A stretch of 64,000 nucleotides of DNA from a virus. A program made the position numbers and the translations under genes. Of the stretch, positions 57,722 through 64,000 are shown piece after piece (position 1 is the first letter of the stretch; every line of letters begins with the position of its first letter). The DNA is taken from UHGV virus genome UHGV-0385297, one strand, 5' to 3'. Under the pieces are notes generated by a model. That model saw only the letters and a program-made list of their open reading frames with translations, did not search any database and was not told the DNA's origin.

Positions 57722-57786
57722 TTAACGTCTACAATAACAGTATACAATAAAAAAGTGAAAAAGTAAATTAATGTCTACAATAACAC
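57722..57786. repeat. Two direct copies of TTAA(C/T)GTCTACAATAACA plus an inverted ATTGTAGA flanking the -35
   Basis: The direct copies are at 57722-57739 and 57769-57786; 57769 forms TCTACAAT..ATTGTAGA around the promoter. Confidence 0.7.
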
Positions 57787-57815
57787 TTGACATTAATTGT
57801 AGAGTGTAATATACT
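57787..57815 (+). promoter_or_regulatory. Promoter of the MazF-like gene
   Basis: TTGACA, a 17-nt spacer, and TATACT. The track's TTG start coincides with the -35 element and is therefore not a start codon. Confidence 0.55.
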
Positions 57816-57861
57816 AAAATTGTTCAAAGAAATGAATACTAAAGGAAAGGAGGATGCAGAA

Positions 57862-58221
57862 GTGGAAGGCGGTTATAAGAAGTTTGATGTAGTATTAGTA
57901 GATTTTGGTGAAGAAATATTAGCTGGCGAACAAGGTGGCATTAGACCGGCAGTGATTGTACAGAATAATATAGGAAATAGGTATAGTGTTTCTACGGTTG
58001 TGATGCCGTTTACGTCACAACCCAAAAGTTTAAAGCAGTCTACGCATTCTCTTTTTCCTGCGAATGAAAAATATGGTTTAACAAAAGACTCCTATCTTTT
58101 AGGAGAATGTATTAGACAGGCTTCTGAACGCAGAATTATAAAAAAAATGGGAACCATTTCTGACAATGCTGGTAGAGAAGAAGTAAAAAGAGTTTACTTC
58201 TCAAATTGGGGAAATGACTAG
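57862..58221 (+). CDS. MazF/PemK-family toxin (mRNA interferase)
   Basis: FDVVLVDFGEEILAGEQGGIRPAVIVQNNIGNRYSVSTVVMPFTSQ follows the PemK pattern. A GTG start with an AGGAGG RBS is preferred; ATG 57832 is the alternative. Confidence 0.65.
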   Translation: MEGGYKKFDVVLVDFGEEILAGEQGGIRPAVIVQNNIGNRYSVSTVVMPFTSQPKSLKQSTHSLFPANEKYGLTKDSYLLGECIRQASERRIIKKMGTISDNAGREEVKRVYFSNWGND

Positions 58222-58230
58222 GAGGATATT

Positions 58231-58509
58231 ATGGAGTATATATTAATGACAGTAGAAGAGGCAAAGAAGATGGCAAAAAAAGATGCTGTTGTTCTTGTAG
58301 CGGTAAATGATTTAGAAAATCCCAAGGATATAAGTGAATTTTCAAAGAAGAGATTTTTTGAATGTGAGAAAATGATTAAGGAAGCAGAAACCATCGCATC
58401 GGTCTGTGATGATTTTATTAGGCAGCTTAGATGTTATACGGAAAGACAAGATGCATTTCCTGATCTAAGACTAAAAGGGAAGGAGAGTGTGATCCTTTTG
58501 CGGGAATAA
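58231..58509 (+). CDS. Hypothetical protein downstream of the toxin (possible antitoxin or immunity protein)
   Basis: RBS TAGGAGGATATT. Confidence 0.5.
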   Translation: MEYILMTVEEAKKMAKKDAVVLVAVNDLENPKDISEFSKKRFFECEKMIKEAETIASVCDDFIRQLRCYTERQDAFPDLRLKGKESVILLRE

Positions 58510-58517
58510 AATAATAC

Positions 58518-58531
58518 CGAACAAATGTTCG
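58518..58531. promoter_or_regulatory. LexA (Cheo) box CGAACAAATGTTCG
   Basis: A 13 of 14 match to CGAACATATGTTCG. Confidence 0.6.
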
Positions 58532-58540
58532 ATAAAGTAG

Positions 58541-58569
58541 TTGACAGAACAAATGTTCGGCTATATAAT
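58541..58569 (+). promoter_or_regulatory. SOS-controlled promoter with a LexA box (AGAACAAATGTTCG) in its spacer
   Basis: TTGACA, 17 nt, TATAAT; the second box sits at 58546-58559. Confidence 0.55.
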
Positions 58570-58593
58570 AGCAAATGTAAAGAGATTCCAGAA

Positions 58594-58728
58594 ATGGAAA
58601 CGGAAAATAAAAAAGACTACCATCTGATAATGTGGTTGCCGCCACAAAACAGATATACGGTAGTCTTAATACATAAGCACCCATCAAGATACTATGCAAT
58701 ACATATTATACTTTGTTTCATTTCATAA
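58594..58728 (+). CDS. Small SOS-regulated ORF (44 aa), speculative
   Basis: It is the only ORF between the SOS promoter and the terminator at 58821, and it has a weak RBS. Confidence 0.25.
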   Translation: METENKKDYHLIMWLPPQNRYTVVLIHKHPSRYYAIHIILCFIS

Positions 58729-58820
58729 ATCAAGTTAATCAAAGCAAGTATCTGCTGAAATTTTCCAATCTTTATTTTTACAACAAGAGAATATAAGCAT
58801 AGGGCTGTAGTCAAGCGGTT

Positions 58821-58850
58821 AATGCAATAAATTATTGCATTTATTTTTAA
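58821..58850 (+). terminator. Rho-independent terminator
   Basis: AATGCAAT..ATTGCATT followed by TATTTTTAA. Confidence 0.55.
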
Positions 58851-58870
58851 TACAAAAAAATATATAAGGA

Positions 58871-59638
58871 GTGATTTTTATTAGTTCAAGAGCGTTAGTT
58901 GATAACTATTCAAAAGAAGAATTAGAAAAAATTGTTACTAATTCATTTTCTATGGCAGAAGTTATTGAAAAATTGGGATATAAAACAAGAAATGGAAGTA
59001 ATTTTAAAACAATTTTGAAACGAATTAAAGAATACAATATTAATTGTGATCATTTTAGAGTTCCTGAAAGAGTTGTAAGAACTTTTGAAAATACATTTTG
59101 TAAAGATAGTACCGCAAGTCAAAATACATTAAGAAGTGCTTTTATAAAAATAAGTGATAATACTTTTTGTAAAATATGTGGACAATCAAATATATGGAAT
59201 GACAAAGAACTTACAATGATTTTGGATCATATCGATGGGAATAATCATAATAATGTGATTAATAATTTAAGATGGATATGTCCCAATTGTAATAGTCAGT
59301 TACCGACCTTTGCTGGTAGAAATTTAAAAGAGAGAAAATCTCAAATTGATGGAAAAATAAAATATGTTCCAATGATAAAAAGAAAAAAGAACATGAAAAT
59401 ATGTCCTATTTGTAATATAAACGAAATTTCTATGAATAGTAAAATGTGTCTTGAATGTTATAACAAAGACAGAAGGAAAAACATTCCTCCAAAAGAAGAA
59501 TTAGAAAAATTAATATACATAAAATCTTTTGTAGAAATTGGCAAGAAATATAATGTTACAGATAATGCGGTAAGAAAATGGTGCAAATCTTATGGATTGC
59601 CGTTCAGATATGGTGAATTACATAAATATGGAGCCTAA
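58871..59638 (+). CDS. HNH endonuclease (homing type)
   Basis: LDHIDGNNHNNVINNLRWICPNCN is an HNH motif. The start codon is unclear; GTG 58871 abuts the AAGGAG sequence. Confidence 0.65.
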   Translation: MIFISSRALVDNYSKEELEKIVTNSFSMAEVIEKLGYKTRNGSNFKTILKRIKEYNINCDHFRVPERVVRTFENTFCKDSTASQNTLRSAFIKISDNTFCKICGQSNIWNDKELTMILDHIDGNNHNNVINNLRWICPNCNSQLPTFAGRNLKERKSQIDGKIKYVPMIKRKKNMKICPICNINEISMNSKMCLECYNKDRRKNIPPKEELEKLIYIKSFVEIGKKYNVTDNAVRKWCKSYGLPFRYGELHKYGA

Positions 59639-59686
59639 TTACATTACAAATCACACAATCGGTGGTCAATAAAAGACTGCCGGTAT

Positions 59687-59760
59687 GGATCGTTAGCTCA
59701 GTTGGTTAGAGCAATCGGCTCATAACCGATCGGTCACAGGTTCAAGTCCTGTACGATCCA
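59687..59760 (+). tRNA. tRNA with anticodon CAT (Met or Ile2 type)
   Basis: A 74-nt cloverleaf: acceptor GGATCGT/ACGATCC, D-arm GCTC..GAGC, anticodon arm ATCGG-cTCATaa-CCGAT, T-arm ACAGG-TTCAAGT-CCTGT. Confidence 0.75.
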
Positions 59761-59786
59761 TTGACGAAAAAGGAGGGAAAAGGAAA

Positions 59787-60401
59787 ATGGACTATGTAAT
59801 CAGAAATAATAGGGGAGTTTATATCAAAATCGATTCAGGTGGTAGACCTGTCTCATGCAATTTCAAAGATAGAACACTGATGGATCGCAACAAAGCAAGA
59901 AATGTTTTAAATTCGCTTCCAAAACATATGAAGAAAATGAAATTCTTCATGGAAGCCATTCCTGAAATCCCTCCGAGAGTAATTGAGACGCCACAGACGT
60001 ATAAACCATCTGAGAATATTACTCGTTGGGTGGAACAATTTGGAACCTGCGGAGATATTTTCAACTCGGCTGTAAAACGAAGCAATGAGCTGATCGGTAT
60101 TCTGTATGATCTTGATAAGGGATTGCTCAATATCCTTCATTCAATCGAGATTGAGAAGCCGAAAGATTTATATACAGGCTGGCAGCTCTATAAGGCTATC
60201 CGTGAAAACCGTACTCAGCGTAGAGAAACAAAAGATGAAATCCAGATTATCCAGAATGTTCTGACGAATATCAATCCAGAATGTGTTCAACGTGAACGGA
60301 TTCAAAAAGCCGTGGATGGACTTTTCCATAGAAAATATACATATCGAATCATCGAAGGAAACGAAGATGATGAGAGTGAAACAGAAATACATAACAATTA
60401 G
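59787..60401 (+). CDS. Hypothetical protein
   Basis: RBS AAAGGAGGGAAAAGG. Confidence 0.55.
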   Translation: MDYVIRNNRGVYIKIDSGGRPVSCNFKDRTLMDRNKARNVLNSLPKHMKKMKFFMEAIPEIPPRVIETPQTYKPSENITRWVEQFGTCGDIFNSAVKRSNELIGILYDLDKGLLNILHSIEIEKPKDLYTGWQLYKAIRENRTQRRETKDEIQIIQNVLTNINPECVQRERIQKAVDGLFHRKYTYRIIEGNEDDESETEIHNN

Positions 60402-60412
60402 GTAGGTTCAAT

Positions 60413-62671
60413 ATGGGGAAAGTAGAAAAAATAAATCTGAATGAAAAACAGATGGAATTAGTTACATATTATTCTGAAAATGATATGGCGAGATTAAAAC
60501 GGATTTGTAATCCAATCATTAATATGAAGAACGTAGATCAGAAGGATTATGATGACTTGTACAGTGATGCACTGAAAGTTCTTCTGGAAAGTGTTCAGAC
60601 ATTTGATGAAACAGCAGATTGTTCCTTTAATACATTTCTTACAGGAAATATTAAACGGTCATTCTATGATTGGAGCCGTGATCAGCTGACTTGGAAGCGG
60701 TGCAACCTGGAATATGAAACAGATGAAAATGGAGAGATTAAAAAAGATAAGAATGGAAAACCAATAAAAAAGAAAGTCTATGATGTTTCTATGGATGTTC
60801 CATTGGAAGATGGATCTGATTTAAGAGAAAAAATCCCGTCCAATTTCAGTGTAGAGACAGAACTTGGATTAAATGGAGATGATACTGTAGAAAAGGTAAA
60901 TATACTTCTTGATAGTATGCCACGGTTACAGAAGCAAATTACTATTTTGAAAATGAGGAAAGTTCCTGTAGAAAAAATTAAGAAGATCTTAAATATATCG
61001 CAAAGCGATTATGAAAACGCAGTAGAGCGGATTAAGAGAAATGAAAATATGGAAATGTTTTTAAAAGACACGAAATATAATATGGAGGAATATAATATGA
61101 AAGACAGAGTAATTGCTATTAGCGAATCCGAAGATTACAGAATGGACAAATTACCAATGTTCACATTATTGCAGCAGAAAAAAGATGGTGACATTAACTG
61201 TAAATACATTTTACAGAGAAAACCATTTCAGTGGTCAGAAGAAGAAGCGAATCGTTATTTCTGTAGAATATTAAGTTCTCTTCCTGTTCCTGAAATCGTT
61301 TTATGTGAGCAAAAAGTAAAGGAATTGATTATTGCATATTTAATTGATGGTTTACAGCGTTTATCTTATGCGGAGGCATTTAGAAATAATCGTATTAAAA
61401 TTGGAAGTGTAGGTGCAGAAAGACACTTAATTGAATATAGAGAATATTCTTTAGACGAAAACGGAAATCGAATTTTAGATGACAACGGATTTCCAACCTA
61501 CGAATTAAAAATATGTGATGTTATTGGAAAATACTACAAAGATCTTCCTGATGAATTAAAAAAGAGATTTGATGTATTTAATTTCAATGTGACTAAGTTT
61601 TTTAACTGCACGGATCAGCAAATTGCGGATCACCTTCGCGACTACAACAACCACTCATCTATGAACAAGGAGCAGTTGGGACTGACCAAGATTACTACCG
61701 TAACAGCTGGGAAAATTAAGAAAATCTCTGAGAAGAATATGTTTTTCAAAAATTGCTGTAAAATCACTACAACTAATGAGACTAAAGGTAAACTGGAACG
61801 TGTAGTTGCCGAAGCAATTATGCTTTTGTTCCATAAGGACGATTGGAAAGCTAAATTGGAAAATGCCTATAAGTATGTAGATGAAAATGCAACAGACGAA
61901 GAGTTTGAACAGCTTAATTCTGATTTAAACCGTTTGGAATTAGCAATTGGAGAAAATAATAAGGAAGTTACCAAGTTATTTACTCCAGCTGCTATTCCTA
62001 TGTGGGTGGCGGTATTCAATGAGTTTACAAAGTATAACATTGAAGATAGCAGATTTGTAGACTTCCTTAATGCATATGTAACCGATTTAAAGGATCGTAC
62101 AGTAGATGGTGTAAGCATGAAAACTTTTAAATCAGAACAGAGTAAAAAGAGAACTACCATCATGGGAAAGATCAATCTGTTGGTTACTCTTATGAAAGAT
62201 TATTTACATATTGAAGATACAGAAGAAACAGAAAATACATATGAAGAAACAACTGATGAAAAAGTAACTGAAAACGAGAATAATACAGTAGAAGAGACAA
62301 CAGAAGATAATGTTACTACAGAAGAAATGGAATCAGTAGTAACTGAATCACAGTCAGAAGAAGATCATGAGTTACAGTTCGTAAAAGAGGTAGCTGATCC
62401 AAATGTAGAACAGGAAGATATTGAACTGTATAAGGATTTTATTGATGACTATCTTAAGTTAGACTCCTGTGTATACAAAGTTGGTATGCCGGTATTGTTA
62501 GCACTTATGGCATATGCTTGTAATGCAGAGAAAGACGAAGAGTTTAGTGAATGGCTCAATGAAATGGAAAAACAGCATAGAATTTTCACAGGTTCAGAGA
62601 AAGATAATTATGAGAAGTTGAAAGCAGAATTTCTTCAGTTTTTAGATTCTCATAACAATAAAGCAGCATAA
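60413..62671 (+). CDS. Sigma-70 family (region 2 plus region 4) N-terminal domain fused to a DUF262 (ParB/sulfiredoxin-fold) domain and a long C-terminal extension
   Basis: Region 2 reads DDLYSDALKVLLESVQTFDETADCSFNTFLTGNIKRSFYDWSRDQ and region 4 reads LQKQITILKMRKVPVEKIKKILNISQSDYENAVERIKRN. From about aa 250 comes KLPMFTLLQ...QRKPFQWSEEEANRYF...IAYLIDGLQRLS, the DUF262 DGQQRLT-type signature. The C-terminal 400 aa are acidic and helical. Confidence 0.55.
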   Translation: MGKVEKINLNEKQMELVTYYSENDMARLKRICNPIINMKNVDQKDYDDLYSDALKVLLESVQTFDETADCSFNTFLTGNIKRSFYDWSRDQLTWKRCNLEYETDENGEIKKDKNGKPIKKKVYDVSMDVPLEDGSDLREKIPSNFSVETELGLNGDDTVEKVNILLDSMPRLQKQITILKMRKVPVEKIKKILNISQSDYENAVERIKRNENMEMFLKDTKYNMEEYNMKDRVIAISESEDYRMDKLPMFTLLQQKKDGDINCKYILQRKPFQWSEEEANRYFCRILSSLPVPEIVLCEQKVKELIIAYLIDGLQRLSYAEAFRNNRIKIGSVGAERHLIEYREYSLDENGNRILDDNGFPTYELKICDVIGKYYKDLPDELKKRFDVFNFNVTKFFNCTDQQIADHLRDYNNHSSMNKEQLGLTKITTVTAGKIKKISEKNMFFKNCCKITTTNETKGKLERVVAEAIMLLFHKDDWKAKLENAYKYVDENATDEEFEQLNSDLNRLELAIGENNKEVTKLFTPAAIPMWVAVFNEFTKYNIEDSRFVDFLNAYVTDLKDRTVDGVSMKTFKSEQSKKRTTIMGKINLLVTLMKDYLHIEDTEETENTYEETTDEKVTENENNTVEETTEDNVTTEEMESVVTESQSEEDHELQFVKEVADPNVEQEDIELYKDFIDDYLKLDSCVYKVGMPVLLALMAYACNAEKDEEFSEWLNEMEKQHRIFTGSEKDNYEKLKAEFLQFLDSHNNKAA

Positions 62672-62697
62672 AAAATACATAGAAAGAGGTAAAAGAT

Positions 62698-63087
62698 ATG
62701 GCAAAATTGACGGGTTATTATGAAGTGGCAGAAACGATTCAGAGTGGTGGTAGATATTATTACGCAATCTACGAGGATTATGTTTGTTATCAGGTAGGAG
62801 ATAAGATTTTAGTTTCAGGAGCATGTCACAATATCTTGGAAATTACTTCTATTCTTACACCAGAAGAAGTAAAAGGCAAGGTAAATATCACAGCAGAAGT
62901 TATTTGTAAAGTTGATACAGAAGCATATGAAAAACGTGTTGAAGAACGTAGAAGAAAGATGAAACTTAAGAAAGAATTGGATAAAAGATTAAAAGAAATC
63001 GTTAACGAAGGGAAATATGAATGGGCAGCAGAGAAGAATTCTGAGTTTGCTAAGATGCTGGAAGAATATAAGAAGATGGGAGAATAA
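62698..63087 (+). CDS. Hypothetical protein
   Basis: RBS AAAGAGGTAAAAG. Confidence 0.55.
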   Translation: MAKLTGYYEVAETIQSGGRYYYAIYEDYVCYQVGDKILVSGACHNILEITSILTPEEVKGKVNITAEVICKVDTEAYEKRVEERRRKMKLKKELDKRLKEIVNEGKYEWAAEKNSEFAKMLEEYKKMGE

Positions 63088-63092
63088 TACAT

Positions 63093-63683
63093 ATGGAACA
63101 CGTAAATAACATTATGAGTAAAGCAGATGTGGAAAGATTAAAATCAGATAATTATCAGCCTATTACAGTTACTGCAGGTTATCCAATTACAAGTCATGCA
63201 GTCGGTGGTGGAATTTCTGTTGAAAAGTTTGCGGAAAATATAAAGGGTTCTCTTTCTTTATCTATTAAAAAAGAATCTAATGTAAAAATAAAAATCAAAG
63301 ATGTAAATATCATTGTAGAGAATAAAGTCGTAGAAGTAACTTTTACAGATGGAGATAAACAGAAATCAGTTTGCCGAGAGCCAGATGTGTTCAGTTTAGA
63401 GATGGCAATTTCTATTTGTATCACAAAACATGTACTTGGTGGAAGCAGTTTATATAATAAGGCAGTTCGCAATGGTCTTAAGTGTTATGAAAATAAGTTA
63501 AAGAAAGCAGAAACCGAAGAAAAAGAGAAAGAAAGAATTGAAAAACGCAAGGCGAAGTTAGCTGCTTATAAGAAGCGTAGAGCTGAGAAACGAAAAGAAG
63601 AACAGATCGAAACTCAGAAAGAAGCATATCTGAGAGCGATGAGAGATTTTAATAAGGAACTTTCTGAAGCTAGTTGCGAATAA
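63093..63683 (+). CDS. Hypothetical protein with a basic coiled-coil tail
   Basis: A 196-aa ORF. Confidence 0.5.
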   Translation: MEHVNNIMSKADVERLKSDNYQPITVTAGYPITSHAVGGGISVEKFAENIKGSLSLSIKKESNVKIKIKDVNIIVENKVVEVTFTDGDKQKSVCREPDVFSLEMAISICITKHVLGGSSLYNKAVRNGLKCYENKLKKAETEEKEKERIEKRKAKLAAYKKRRAEKRKEEQIETQKEAYLRAMRDFNKELSEASCE

Positions 63684-63744
63684 TACAATGGGCGGTAGAA
63701 ATGCCGCCTTATTAGAAAAAATGCATAAGATAGGAGAAAAATAA

Positions 63745-64000
63745 AATGGTAACAGATGTGACTTATGAGCTGATGAAAATTGGAAACAATCTGACGGATG
63801 ACACAAAGGCAAATGTAAATACTGCCGTGGATGACATTAATAACATCGTCAGAGAGATGATTGAGTCAGACAGTCAATTTCAGTTCAAAAAAGGAATTTT
63901 CCGTAGGCAGTACAATGCCGATGTGGAGTATTCTTCTTTCAATACTATTAGGATTCATGTGAAAGATGATAACAGAATCTACTATATTTCAGTAGAGAAT
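63745..64000 (+). CDS. Hypothetical protein (partial; continues past the window end)
   Basis: RBS ATAGGAGAAAAAT; the ORF is open at the 3' end. Confidence 0.5.

Noticed and set aside
57787-57861. The longer TTG start for the MazF-like gene
   Set aside because: TTGACA at 57787 is the promoter -35 element, so it is not transcribed as part of the mRNA.
58525-58728. The track start of the 67-aa ORF
   Set aside because: That ATG lies inside the LexA box upstream of the -35 element. Only the downstream ATG 58594 could be transcribed from the promoter.

Overview
This 64 kb window is an AT-rich (about one-third GC) phage or prophage segment from a Firmicutes host. Genes carry strong GGAGG-type ribosome-binding sites (RBS), and the content resembles SPbeta-like Bacillus phages. 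Protein family names below come from reading motifs by eye; no database search was run. ORF-track starts often use TTG or GTG, and where a better RBS-supported start exists I use it, so many starts differ from the track.

The window has two oppositely transcribed halves. The left half (1-21820, minus strand) carries accessory and replication/transcription genes, punctuated by five tRNAs: Ser-TGA, Tyr-GTA, Phe-GAA, Met-CAT and Lys-TTT. The genes I can name are:
- a tyrosine integrase (1283-2236);
- an HU-like protein (5100-5399);
- a coiled-coil metallophosphoesterase (5908-7098);
- a ClpP-like protease (7379-8074);
- a PhoH protein with a PIN domain (9568-10806);
- two Bro-N antirepressor-like proteins (11322-12140, 20966-21820);
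- an 876-aa protein with an ADFDGD motif, which I read as a YonO-like single-subunit RNA polymerase (14510-17140);
- a dCMP deaminase (17184-17603);
- two PD-(D/E)xK (DUF559-like) putative homing endonucleases (8198-9343, 18707-19324).

Between the two halves lies a noncoding stretch with no credible ORF (22850-24538; a divergent-promoter region sits at 21821-21985). It contains a GT-rich, C-depleted tract, two consensus Firmicutes LexA boxes, two sigma-70 promoters with an embedded TCACA-N6-TGTGA operator, and a roughly 600-nt GC-rich stretch that I suspect is a structured RNA.

The right half (24539-64000, plus strand) is a dense run of about 90 small early-type genes. Those I can assign are:
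- a Cro-like HTH protein downstream of a third operator-bearing promoter;
- higBA and hicAB toxin-antitoxin pairs, plus an extra orphan HicA-like gene;
- a MazF/PemK-like toxin in a cassette with a second tyrosine recombinase and an XRE regulator;
- a J-domain protein;
- an HTH-ParB fusion;
- a DnaN-like sliding clamp;
- an orphan C5 cytosine methyltransferase;
- an HNH-AP2 homing endonuclease that has left a diverged copy of its target gene's 3' end;
- an SOS-box-controlled promoter;
- a second HNH endonuclease next to a plus-strand tRNA-CAT;
- a 752-aa protein fusing an ECF-type sigma factor (regions 2 and 4) to a DUF262 (ParB/sulfiredoxin-fold) domain.

The candidates most likely to be new are the sigma-DUF262 fusion, the palindromic TTTGGGTACAT repeat array at 19.4-20.0 kb, the GC-rich putative ncRNA behind repressor-gated promoters, and the int-XRE-MazF cassette with its SOS-controlled neighbour.
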